A program made the translations under genes and the position numbers. Shown here piece by piece: positions 1 to 13,300 of a stretch of 64,000 nucleotides of DNA (positions are counted from its first letter, which is position 1; every line of letters begins with the position of its first letter). Location of the stretch: positions 55,363,895 to 55,427,894 of the forward strand of contig NC_090384.1 of NCBI RefSeq assembly GCF_036365525.1, in the 5' to 3' direction. The stretch is from Heterodontus francisci (Eukaryota). The notes beneath the pieces were generated by a model, which was given only the letters and a program-made list of their open reading frames with translations, did no database searches and had not been told where the DNA came from.

Positions 1-760
1 CACACCTGAAGATTCTATACCCTGGAATATTGAGCTGCCAGTCCTGCCCCTCCCTCAACCATGTCGATGTGACAGCAATAATATCATAATGCCATGTGCT
101 AATCAACGCCCTGAATTTATCTGCCTTACTAGTAAGACTCCTTGCATTAAAATAGATGCAATCCAGCCTTGCGTTTTTCACTTGTGCCTTAACAGGTCTA
201 TATTTGCTCTGCCTTCCAGACTGACAGTTTCTCTTCTACATTTGACTGTGCATCACCCCCTACTGTACCTCACTCTGTATCCCATCCCCCTGCCAAATTA
301 GTTTAAGCCACCACCCACCCCAACAGCACTAGCAAACCTCCCAGCAAGGATGTCGGTCCGGTTCAGGTGCGACCCATCCAACCTTTACAGGTCCTACCTT
401 TGCCAGAAACAGACCCAGTGATCCAGGAAACTAAAGCCCTCCCTCCTGCACCAACTCCTTAGCCATGCATTCATCTGCTCTATCCTCCTATTCCTATACT
501 CACTAGCACGTGGCACCGGGAGTATTCCAGAGATTACAACATTTGAGCTCCTGCTTGTTAATCTGCTACCTAGCTCCCTAAATCCTTGCTGCAGGACCTC
601 ATCCCTCTTTCTACCTACATCGTTGGTACCAATGTGTACCACCACCTCTGACTGTTCACCCTCTCCCTTCAGAATGTCCTGCAGCCGCTCCAAGACACCC
701 CTGACCCTCGCACCAGGGAGGCAACATACCATCCTGGAGTCTCGTTTGCAGCCACAGCCA
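1..760 (-). mobile_element. CR1/HER1 LINE 5' part (ORF1 SGNH-esterase and start of ORF2)
   Basis: ORF 394-918 contains [29 protein letters not shown], near-identical to ORF1 at 34301-34981. Confidence 0.85.
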
Positions 761-2620
761 ACTGGAGGGCCGTGAGCAGTGACCACTGCTGGGACTGCAA
801 CTAGAAGAAGAGGACGCAATGGATGGTTGGCACCATCATTAAGCAGGTAAGTGTCAATGAGTGCCCGAATAGGAGACATTCCCCCCCACCCCCACCTCCG
901 ATCCTGCTGTGAGGCCACCAGGGTTTACCTGGCGGGTCTCCCCATGTAGCAGAGGACCCCGCGGCTTTGATAAAATGCCAGTGGTTGCGGGAAGAGGCCC
1001 TTAATTGGCCATTTAAGTTGCTCAATTGGCCTCTGGGTGAGAGGGCCATCTGCCACCTTCCCCATCACTGGCATCATGGGAAGACAACAGGCATGCCACC
1101 CTCTGCCATTTTACCATCCCACCTGCCTCCCAGCCGATCCCCACAGTACTGATCAAATCCTATGTGTAAGAGGAGTGCCATGGGTAATGCACAGAACATG
1201 GGCAAGATTTTGGGTTAGCACCTCAACGGCAGGGTCACACCGGGCTGGACTTTGGGCAGGAGTTGATCTCCCAGTGCCAGGCCAAAAAGGCAGGGGAAAC
1301 CCCGCCTCTGCATTTTCTCAGCCTCCTGGAGTGAAGGTTTTAGGAGGCGGATCCCCATCCCTTTAAAGATTTTGTCGGGATGGGGATCCGCCCCCAAGAA
1401 CTGCCAGCCAAACACAGGGCTGGGAACTCTGCCTTATCAGCAGCGCCACTGGGAGCGGTGGCCACTGCCAGTACTGTAGAGGCCTCGGACCCAGGCCCAG
1501 AGCTGGAACCCTGGAACACAGGCAGGTGAAGCAGGGTCGCTGGGGCCAGTCCAGAAGACGCCAGCAACAGGGGGGGTGGTCATTCAGTCTCTGGGGAAGG
1601 GGTCCGTGGGGGAGGGGGGGGGGAACGGTGGTCCTCCTTGAGCCCACAAATTGCTCACGAAAGAGGGATCCCACACCTACAAGGAGGGCACCACATTTTA
1701 CAAGGCACCTTCGCTGTGCAGCGGAGGCCCCCCTACTCATCACTGGTAAAATCACAGCGGTGGTGGGAAGAGGCCTTTAATTGGCAGTTAATAGGCCACT
1801 TGAGGGCTTCAATTGACATCTGGGCAGCAAGGTCATTGTTGGTCTATCCCACCCTCGCGCAGATCGGAACTCGGAATTCCGGCGTCAGTTTCCGTGGTGA
1901 GCGATTCTACAACGATTCTCTGGCACCCACGCCACAAAACCCACCATCCGGATGAGCACAAGATCCGGCCCATTGTATGGGGAAGAGTCACCCAGCAGTG
2001 ATTTTCCCTGAATTGGCCAATTAGTGGCCAAAGGGTGGCCTTATCATCCATTTAAGGATGGTGGGCGGGCTCTTGAAGCTCGAGGACCAATAGGAGGCCT
2101 TTCAGCTCAGAAGCAGCAGGCTGCTGTTTCAAGCAAGAGAAAGAGAGCCCCAAGACGGAGGTGCGCTCCCTACACCTTTTTAAAATTTTAAATAAAAACT
2201 GCCCAGCAGCTGGGACACCATTGTGGAGGGAAAACCCCTGTACAGGGTGGCCTGCAGCGACAGTAGAAGTCAGGCAGGCGCGGAGGTTTTCAAAGCCTGC
2301 CTCTAGCAGTGGCTGTCAGGTCTGCTGCTGGCAGGCTGTCTCCAGGCAGCTGGCTTTGACCCCAATGCCTCAGGGACCCGGAGGCCATCTCGAAAATTCC
2401 AGTCAGCCTCTTACAATAGGCCATTTAACCTTCTTAAATGGCTACCAGGTAGTTGTGGGCTGGTAGCCCTACTGCCCACATGCCACCTCGAGGAAAATGG
2501 CCCTGGGTATATGGTGCCTGAAACCGACATTCCATCTGCGGCGCGAATTTCTGTGCCCGCTTTCGTACTTGCTGTTATCAGGAGTGGGGGGCAGGGCCGG
2601 CTAAAACCCAGCCCCACACG
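760..2620. mobile_element. Cluster of GC-rich non-autonomous DNA-transposon (MITE-like) fragments
   Basis: Recurrent GGCC(C)TTAATTGGC and GCCACTGCTGGGACTGCA motifs shared with the elements at 16131-16848 and 15500-16010; no coding signal. Confidence 0.5.
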
Positions 2621-4267
2621 GGAGCAGATGAGACAAGGTGGAATGTGAGGCAGAAAGGGATGCTGGGGTCAAGATACATTTCCCCTTGGCTCAAAAACCA
2701 AGTGATCATGATCTAGAAGAATTGCTTCTAAAGGTTACTTGCAGGGTAGTACACATATGTACAGACACCACAGACATTGTGAGGAACTGTGCAGCCGATG
2801 GTAGATAAGCTGGAGGAGTCCACTGTGTGCATTGAAATCCACATGAGAACATCTGAAGTAAGGACCACAAGACAGAGGCTATGACAGCAGTCAGCAATTT
2901 CATCATGGTTGTTCAGACTGCTGCCATAGAGGCCTGGTGTGTCAGATTGGGGATGGATGTCTCATGGGTCTTTATTAATCTCACTATTACTGATAAGTCT
3001 TCTTTCTTGCAGATCAGTGGCCAAGCACAACCATGGCAGAGGCCGGAATATGGCCCATTGGTGGTAGCATGGCCAAAATGCATTCAGCTGATGGTCTATA
3101 TGGGCAGCAGGACATGCATGCCCTCTAGCAAGCCCAATTGCCATGAGAGAAAGGAGGCAGGGCCAAATTTCTCAGGCAGCAGGACAAGAGATGCAGCCTA
3201 CGGCAGGTTCATCTCAGAACTTTTCTGCCTTGAACAAATGGCTCATGCTGACACAGCAACCAGACAGATGACACCAAGGAAAATCACGAGGTGAATACTC
3301 ATACACTATCCAAGTTTTGATTAAAACTATGGTTTCATTAAAGTTGTACTTGCAGACATTGTCCATGGCAATGTTTGAAAATGTATCTGATCAGTTTGCA
3401 TGAATTAAAATTGTTAGCTGATGCACACCAGAAAAAGGTTTGCGGGGGTGGGGGGTACAATTGTGCACATGAATGCTTGTGCAACGACCAGGCGTGGTAG
3501 TCAAGAGAAGGCCTCTTGTCTCAATGTGGCACAAATATGCTCTGCAGCTAGGAAAATGTTGTACTTTATCCACAGGCCTCTGCTGCTGTTCCTTCTCTTT
3601 CTCAGGCAAATGTGAATAGGGTCATCTCCTCCTGTATCCTCAGGTGTGGGTTACTGATGGGTGGATGTCATGGATCTTCAGTGCAGCCTCACCAACCTAA
3701 TTTCCCCACTAGCCACTTCTTCTGCTTCTAGGATGTAATACCCAATTAGAAACCTATGTTGTGACTTGAATGAAGATAGGGACCCATGGCAAATGGCAAA
3801 GAGTGAAGCATTAGGAACAGCAAAAAAAAAATACAAAATCAGTGAAGAAATAAGGATTTTACAAAGCTTTAATTGTATCTGTGTTTGGCACTTTAAATAT
3901 GTTTTTGTCTTTTCCCCAGCATTCAGAAACCTTAGACAGCCAATGCATACGAGTATGGTTACGACCGTGTATAAATAAGGCAGTAATGATGGAAAATGGG
4001 ATACAGAATTTCATCACATCATTACTGCCTCATTGTAACAGGATCACCCATTTAGGGTGGGCACTCTGCCAACAGCCAGAATGAAGGCAAAAAAATTGGA
4101 TGACGACTGAAGTGGGCTGGCAGCTGGCGTACAATACCCCACACCTTCCCACCGAAATAGGAATATCAGGGTTATTCTGTATAATAATTTGAAATGCCAC
4201 AGTGACACCACTATGAGTTACAACCAAACATGCAGAAAACATGAAATTCTCAAAATGCACACTTTAC

Positions 4268-4309
4268 CTCCTTCTGGTATGTTTTCATAATCTGTATGAT
4301 CAGCTGAAC
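4268..4309 (-). CDS. Micro-exon with tyrosine motif ([14 protein letters not shown])
   Basis: tctctctttag|GTTCAGCT...GAAGGAG|gtaaag; 42 nt, phase 1-1, 268 nt downstream of the last C1 exon; encodes TDYENI. Confidence 0.7.
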
Positions 4310-7300
4310 CTAAAGAGAGAAATTACCTGTTTAAACTCGACATTCATCAAATTAAACATTTCCAATGTGAGGGTATTAAGTAACTCATTTAATATTTTTA
4401 AACTAATTGAAATCACCAAAATTAACTATTTTCACCATCAATAAAAAAATTGTGTTTACTCAATATTAAGTTTCAATGTGAAATAAAGCTTCAAATGAAT
4501 GCTTTGAGTTCAACAAAACAATCACTAGTGCAATATAACATTTTTGCTCTGAATCGGAATCCAATAACAACATTCACCTTGAAGGAGTAATTTGAAGTTT
4601 TTCTCTTGAATTTCCTTTGTTTCTATGTGAAGCACCTCACATCTGATGGAACTATCATGATCATTTTCAGTTGTAGTAAATTGTGTACTCGTAACTGATG
4701 AAAATAAACCATCATCAGCAATCACAGGAGGGCTGTTAATCACTGAACAAGGTGTCCCATTTTTAAACCACTTTACTTGGACTTCAGCGGGAGCATAGCT
4801 TGTCAATGAGATACTGAGTGATATAGGCTGATTAACTCCAGGCAGTTCTGGATCAGCTTTAATAACAGACAAGTTCGGAGATAAAGCTGAAAAACAAATA
4901 AAAGGTTTTGTTAAGAATGTTAATAAGAATGTTTAGCCATTGAAGCAAACTGATTAATCTTCAATATGAGCAAAATGAAAACAAAGGGTGCTTTTTTTAG
5001 TCTGTGATATACCTAATTAATTAAGGGAAAGTCTAGATCTCATGAACCTGTGCAATATTACTATTAGATTGAAATATTTTCTATAAATATGCAACTCATA
5101 TTTACAGCAAAGAATGTTTTGAGAACATTGATCTCAAAGTGAAGATGGTGGTAAGATATTTTGGTGTACCACCTCGAGGCAGCATATAGTGACAGACAGC
5201 TTTACCCAGGGGTGTCAAAGGAACTCCTGAACAACAAAGGCTACTGCATTAATACTCAGACAGAAAGTAGAAGGAAAAATAGACCAAAACAAAACTCAAT
5301 TCAAAATCATTACAATTTTAGTTATTTGATCCAATTCCTGCTATGGGTATCTGTACTAAAAGTTTATTTTATAAAAAAGTTGAAGAAAGTTCAAAAGTAA
5401 AATGCACCCCCAGTGATGTCTTTAAGTATGAAAAAAAGGTTCAGAACTTGTGTGATTTAGCTTCTATAAACGTAATTACTTTAAAAGATGCATTCAGTTT
5501 GAATATATTTTTGAAGTGCATATGAATGACCTTAAATCATACATCATTCCTTTAAGTCAGTTCAATTGAAGTTTTCCTGTCCCATTTATCTAATTCCAAT
5601 TTGCTCAGAGCTATTTATTGTGAAATGGCTCATAAATGTGTGCCCCCTCATTCCCCATCTCCAGCATCAAGTGGAATTTTGCCAGATTATTTCTGTGTCA
5701 GCTAGTAACTTCAGCAAATTAATCACAAACATTTAAATATAAAGTGAAATTTTTCAAACTTGTGAAGAGAAGTATCAGGGTAAAACATACCTGAAAGTGT
5801 TAAAAATGCCTGTTTTCTAATTGGAATTTTTAACTTATCATGTATCACATGGAAGGAAAATTCTTGATCAAAATCTAGAGCAGTTGGTGTTACTTGCAAA
5901 CGGGAAGACATCCTATAACATCCACTTATGTCCTTCTCGGGTCCTTTAACTGTGATCCCTTTACATATCTCTTTTTCTTTCTGTCGCCAAGTTGTATTGA
6001 TGTCATGTGGGTAAAAGTTAACGACATTGCAAATGAAAGCTTGTTTTGCACCATACATAGCTTCTGGTGGGTCCAGTTTGATGTCTTCAACGAATGGAAT
6101 TCCTGTTCAAATTGCATGAAACTACAGTTGATTATGATAATGAATCGTCATCTTGTTTAAGGATCAAAAAGGAGATTCAAGAGATCTGTCTTTATTCCCC
6201 AAATACTGAATATTTAAATGACGACAGACATTCAATCTACATTGTGCAACTTGGGCTTTGTTCCAAAGATATAGTGGCATTTAAAAAAAACTCTTTACCT
6301 TTTTTGCTATTTATTTGATAATGTGATGGAGTTTATGTGCGTAGACTGCTATCTGAACAGTTGATCTGTTGAATGTACTGCCAGGTGCACTGACCTTAGA
6401 TTCAAAGCTTGCATTTTTCAGAGACAGTCCTTTACTGGAAAATGAAACCAAAGGCTTCAGAGTTCTGGGGAAATCAGAACTGGATGGAACCAGGTAAAAC
6501 AGTCATGTGATCAGAGTGGATCAGAGGCATGTGACTGGAGCTCATATTACAGACTGCAGTGTTGAAGCAAGCAGCAAGCAGTTGTTTTAAAAAAGACAAG
6601 CTACTGTGATTGGAACCTGTTTTCTAGGAGATGACCCCTGGGCAAATATGAGTTGCTACATCTGTTTTTGGTGCCTTAAAGAGTTACTAGTGGAACCACA
6701 CCATCAAGACTGCTGGGGAGATAGTGGTAATGTCACTGAACTAGTAATGTAGAGACCCAGGAAGACAGGATCTGGATATTTATCTGAAAGGATTTTGTGG
6801 CCGTAACTGGTGCCACCTTTGCCGAAAGGACTGCCCAAAAGATCCGTAAGATCTATCTTTGTTGCATCTGATAATTAATATGCAATCTTTAACAGTGATT
6901 TAACTGTTAGTTCATGTTTAAATTGCTTTTGGTTTGAGCATTACAGTAATTTTATGAAAGTGTATTTTGTCCGTTATTTTTCCAATTGGAGTCAGTCAGT
7001 GGATTGGATTCTTTTGGTTTGTGATCTCTACAGGATCATGACAATAATCACGGCTAAGCTGGGATGTCACAATTTAGGGCCAATGGAGTCACTGAAAGGA
7101 ACAATGTCAATTTAATGAATTTGAAACATTTACAAATATTCTTTTCAATGTTCCATAATCGGTACTATAAAGTTGCACTTCTTATTAGAATCATACCTTT
7201 TATTTTCAAAAAATGAATGGATGAGATAGGCTTGTTTGAAGTTTCAGAGTGAAGGATTTGCATTTTGAACTCTTTTCCATGGTCCTGATAAGTTGGAATG

Positions 7301-10300
7301 AATGTCCTTCTGGACAATCGAGAGTACAAACCAGTTGTTTCATCCCACTCAACTTCATCTGTTTCAACTCCATCTTTAGTTTTATCAAACCCTTTGAACC
7401 AGAATATCTGATTGTCTTCTGGATAGAAGCCATATGCTTTGCAGTAAAGTGTTACAGGTTTTCCCATCTCTGGGCAAAGGGGATCTGTTTTGATTTCTGC
7501 GACCTTTGGCACCGACACTGCACTCATACAAAAGAAACAGTGTTAATGAGATTGTATAACTGAAAAAAACACCACAATTTAAAGCATAGTACGCCTTGAT
7601 AAATTTTCAAACATCAATTTCTTGAACAAAATATCCTCTTCCTCTGCCCCTCTTTTCCCCCTCAGACTAGTATAGGCCCCGACTGTAGCCACTGCTCCAG
7701 TATCTCTTGGAAGTGACACACATTATGTAAGAGACTGAACATTGAGTGCTGGGAGGCTATTCAAGCCGAATCCTGCATTCACCAGATAAGCACCTACACC
7801 TTCCGATAGTGGTCAATGGACAATAACAGTTCACCTCCCCAGAGGCCAAGACAGACTGTAGCACTCCCCCAGTACCTCAGCTGAGGTCAGATAACTCAGG
7901 CATCACACTTGCAACCTTACAGATATAAATCACTAGTTAGGCCCCAGCTGGAGTACTGCGTTCAGTTCTGGGCACTGCACATTGGGAAGGATGTCAAAGC
8001 CTTAGAGAGTGTGCACAAGAGATTTACTAGAATGGTACCAAGATTGAGGGATTTCGGTTATGTGGAGAGACTGGAGAAGCTGCAATTGTTCCCCTTAGAA
8101 CAGTGAAGGTTAAGAGCAGATTTGATAAAGGTGTTTAATATCATGCATGCCTGCGAATGTGGTGGAGGCAGATTCAATCGTGGCTTTCAAAAGGGAATTG
8201 GATAATTATCTGAAGAGAGAAGACTTGCAAGGCTACCGGGAAAAAGTGGGGGAGTGTGACAAGCTGAGTTGCTCTTGCAGAAAGCTGGCATGGACATCAC
8301 CGGCTGAATGGCCTTCTTCTGTGCTATAACCATTCTATGATTCTACTTCTCTATTGCTTAGGCACAAATTGGGTGGCACATTCTCCCAATGAGCTAACAG
8401 GGAGCTGCAAATAATCATTTCCAACTCCATTCAGCTTAGTTCCAGTACTACTCTTGCCTCTGAAGAAGGCCTGGATACTAGTGCCATTCCACGGCTTGAG
8501 GAAATAATTTGCAGCTATAGGTCAGTACAATACTCAGAGCACTGCAGTACTCAAAGCGACTGTGTGCACCTCTTCAGATGGACATAAAAGATCTCACTGC
8601 ACTTTTTCCCATAAGCAAGGACTTCTTCTGGCCCAGCCAACATTTCACCCTCAAACAAAATCTGCCGAAAAAAAGATGAACTGGTCATTCATCACATTGC
8701 TGTTTATAGGAAATTGCACAAACTACCTGCCTTGTTTGCCTGCAAAACAACCAAGACAACACTTCAAAACTAATTCATGAGCAACCAAGGGCTGAATATT
8801 GTTCAGTTCCCTATGTCGGGCTTCATGGCGGATGAGGTTGAATCCGAAAATCCCCTCAATGGCTGCCATCGCCACTTCCATCCCACCCCCAACAGTCCCC
8901 CGTTCCTTCCTGCCATTACGCTTCTCTTTGCCGCTCCCTCCTGCGCCCGTCTTCTTGCTGCTCACTACCCGCTGCCTTCCCTTACCCACTCGCTCCGGTC
9001 TCGCCGCTCGCTCCCCACTTTTCCCCACCTCCCCAGCCGCTGGCTCCATGCCGCGCCACTTCTAGCCTCTCAGCCACATGCTCCTACGTTCAAGCATTCT
9101 CCGCCCTGCGCCCTGAAGAAGCAAGGTGGGCCGCGAGGGGTAACGGAACAACACAGGAACGAGTGGCCGAGAGGAGGGAAGTGGTGGACCTGGAGCTAGC
9201 AGCTAGGGGTGGGGGGAAATGGCCAGTGGGGAAGGGGTGGGGGAGCAGAAAGTGTTGAGGGCGGGAGCAAGTAACTTGAGGGGGGGGCGGGGAAAGAGAG
9301 CTGGTGGGTGGAGCAAGTGGCTGAGGGAAGGCAGCAGCATGGCAGGAATCGAGATGGGTGAAGTGGTGATTGAAGCAGGGATGTTGGGAGGGAGCAGGGT
9401 ACTGTTCGGGTGAATAGAGACAGCTATTGAGGGGTGAGGATGTCATTGCGTGGAGACGTCATGCGCGCATTCGTACTGGCAGGCTGGAAAACGTTTGCAT
9501 GTATTGATGACGTCTGCGATCGCTCTGCGCATGCTCTGTGTTGCTAGGAGTCACTTTGCAATATTTTATTTATTGCTGTTCTAAACCAAGAACAACTCCA
9601 AATGGAATAACTTTCACAGATAGCAAAAAAGATCAACTGGGATTTTCTGTTTGTTAAAATATAGAAAAAACAAATCAAGTTAATTTTAGTTTTAGGTGAG
9701 ATTTCTATTTAACATTTGTTGTTTTCTTTATTCCCCTTGTCTCCAATCAGATCACTCCAGGTCATGGCCTTTCACCATGGACCTTTGCCAATGTAGCAAA
9801 AACCCAGTAGAATTATCAGCACCAACTTCAATCTGTGTTTTAGTTTCCGATTATTAATGTTTACCAATTTACAATTTTATGTATTTTTAAAATGAATTTA
9901 AATGAAATACCCAAGTCAATTATGGCCCAGATTTTGCTGTCAAAATAATGACGAGGCTAATGGCACATGCCGTCTTTTATGCACAAACCGTACGACAACA
10001 TTAGGTAAGGGGTTGATGTGTGGTTAAGCCCAAACATACAAATGTTGCTGTTTGAGTTGCCATCAGTTTTGCCAAACAGCATCCCGCTGTTTGCCTCACC
10101 ATTGAAATGCACTGAATGGCCTAAAGTTGCTGTATTTCCACAGTAGATATGCACTAAACATGCCACAGAAAGTTTAGGCTGATCTGAAGTGAGGCAAGGA
10201 ACCTGTCATAGAGCTATCTTTAATCAAGCATGGATTCAGACAAAGGGAGCTTTTTTAAGCGGTCTAAAGTTCTTTTAACAATGTGTTGATCACTGCCAAT

Positions 10301-13300
10301 CAATCTCCCCGGCACTGAAAATTAACTACTAAAAGTGTGGAGTCTCATTCCTTCAGGTACTAACTGTTGTTGGAAATTTTGAAAAAGTAAAAGTTTAAAT
10401 GTAATCTTTATAAAACTTTTTGTCTCCTTTTCTCTTCCTCTCTTTCTGAACCAGGCCGAAGGGCCTGTTTCTATGCTGTACGACTCTATGACTCTATGAC
10501 ATTGAATTCACCCAAACTAATTTCTATTTCCTTCTCAGTCCTTGCGCTGTTAATTTCATCACCTGGCATTGATGTAGGCACCTATCACAATAAAGGCACA
10601 CCTTGCCAGCCAGCCCTGCAAAATCATCTTCACTAACATCTGGGGACTTGTGCCACAATTAACTATAATTCCCACAGACTAGTCAAGCAACAGCCTGACG
10701 CAGTAATACTGTCAGAATCATACCTCTCAGCAAATGTCCCAGACTCATCCATCACCATTCGTGAGTATGTCCTGACCCAGCAGCAGGCTTCACCCACTAG
10801 AAATGACGAGAATTGGCCCTGGGAGTCCTCAGTACCGATTCCAGAACCCATGAAGTCTCATGGCATCAGGTCAAACATGGGCAAGAAAACCTCCTGCTGA
10901 TTACCATATTCCGGCCTTTGCCAGCTGATGAATCAGTTCTCCCCCATGTTGAACACCATTTCGAAGATGTACTGAGTGTAGCAAGGGCACAGAATGTACT
11001 CTGGGCGGGGGACTTCAATGTCCACTGCAGACCACGCTGGCCAAGTCCCGAAGAAAATAGCTGCCAGACAGGTCCTGCGGCAGGTGGTAAGCAAACCAAG
11101 ATGAGGGAAAACCTACTTGACCTCATCCCCACCAATCTAGCCATCACAAATGGATCAGTTAAGCACATATTGGTAGGAGCGAGGTCCTGTCTTCACATTG
11201 AGGACACCCTCCATCGTATTGTGCAACAGTAACACTGTGCTAAATGGGATAGATTTAGTATACATCTAGCAGCTCAAAATTGGGCCACCTTGAGGTGCTG
11301 TGGACCATCATCAGCAGCAGAATTGTATTTCACCAAGTCTGTAATGTCATGGCTGGGCATATCCCTCATGCTAACATTACCATCAAGCCAGGGGACCAAC
11401 CCTGGTTCAATGAGGAGTGCAGGACTGCATGCCAGCAGCAGCACCAGGCATACGTAAAAATGAGGTGTCCACCTGGTGAAGCTATAACAAAGGACAACAT
11501 GGATGCGAAACAGCAGAAGCAGCATGCTATAGGTGCAGCTGAGTGATCCCACAATCAATGGATCAGATCAAAGTTCAGCAGTCCTACCACATGTAGTTGT
11601 GAATAGCGAATTAAACAAATAATGCAAGGAGGAGGCTCCATGCATATCCCCATCCTCAATGATGGCAGAGGCCAGCATGTAAGTACAAAACAATAAGCAT
11701 TCACAACCATCTTCAGCCAGACATACTGAGTGGATGGTCCATTTCTGCCTCCTCCGGAGGTCCCCACCACCATAGAAGCCAGTTTTCAGCCAATTTGATG
11801 CACTCCATGTGTTATCAAGAAATGGCTGAGCGCACTGGATACAGCAAAGACTATGGGCCCTGACAACATTCTATATCTAGTGCTGAAGATTTCTGCTCTA
11901 GAACTATCACCGCCTCTAGTCAAGCTGTTTCAGTATAGCTACAACACTGGCATTCACCCAACAAAGTGAAAAATTGCCCAGGTATGACCTGTCCACAAAA
12001 AGCAGGACGAATGCAATTCAGTCAACTCCCACCCCATTAGCTAATCTTAATTATCAGCAAAATTATGCAAGATGTCATCAATATTACTATTAAGTTGCAA
12101 TACTTACTCACCAATAACTGGATCACTAATGCTCACTTTGGGTTCCGTCAGGAACACTTGGCTCCAAACCTCATTCCTGTTTTGATCCAAATGTGGTCAA
12201 AAGAGCTGAATTCCAGAGGAGAGGTAAGCATGAGTGTCCTTGACATCAAGGCAGCATTTGATTGAGTGTGGAATTAAAGAGCACAAAAAGATGGTTTTGG
12301 TTGCAAAAGGCCAATCATTGCCTCAGGGTAGTGTCCTAAGCCCAACCATCTGCAGCTGCTTCATCAATGACCTGCTCACCATCATAAGGTCAGAAGTGGG
12401 GATGTTTGCTAATGATTGCCCAGTGTTCAGTTCCATTCGCAACTCCTCAGGTAATGAAACATTCTGTGCGGACATGCAGCAAGACCTGGACAATATTCAG
12501 ACTTAGGTTGATAAGTGGCAAGTAACATTCACGCCAGACAAGTTCCAGGCAATGACCATTTCCAACATAGGTCCAACCACCTCCCCTTGACATTGAATAC
12601 AAACACCAAGTCTGCCACCATCAACATCCTGGGTCACCATCGACCAGACATTTAACTGGGTCAGCCACATAAATACTGTGGCTACGAGAACGGGTCACAG
12701 GTTGGGAATTCTGCAGTGAGTAACTCACCTCCTGACTCTATAAAGCCTTGCTACCATTTACAAGCCACAAGTCAGGAGTGTGATGGAATATTCTCCACTT
12801 GCCTGGATGAGTGCAGCTCCAATAACACTTTAGAAGCTCGAGGCATCTGAGGCAAAGCAGCCTGCTTAATTATCAGCCTATCCACCACCTTAAACATTCA
12901 TTCCCTCCACCACCAGCACACAGTGGCAGCAGTGTGTACCATCTACAAGATGCACTGCAGCAACTCACCAAGACTGCATCGCCAGCATCTTCCAAAGCTG
13001 TCTCCTGTACCATCTAGAAGGAGAAGGGCAGCAGGCACATGAGGACACTGCCACCTCCAAGTCACACACCATCCTGTGTTGGAAATATATCGCTGTCCCT
13101 TTATTGTCACTGAGTCAAAACCTTGGAACACCCTATCTAACAGCGCTGCGAGTGAACCGACACCACATGGACTGTATCATTTCTAGAAGGCGGATCACCA
13201 CCACCTTCTCAAGTGTAATTAGAGATGCACAATAACTACTGGCCTTGCTCAGCAACACCCACATCCCATGAACAAATGAAGAATCTTCAATCTGATTGTC

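Noticed and set aside
2700-3750. Short ORFs or a possible terminal exon of the Ig gene
   Set aside because: No acceptor gives a convincing in-frame continuation; looks like decayed transposon sequence.
8777-9560. GC-rich block with overlapping ORFs on both strands
   Set aside because: Low-complexity, repeat-like sequence; no protein family signal or splice support.
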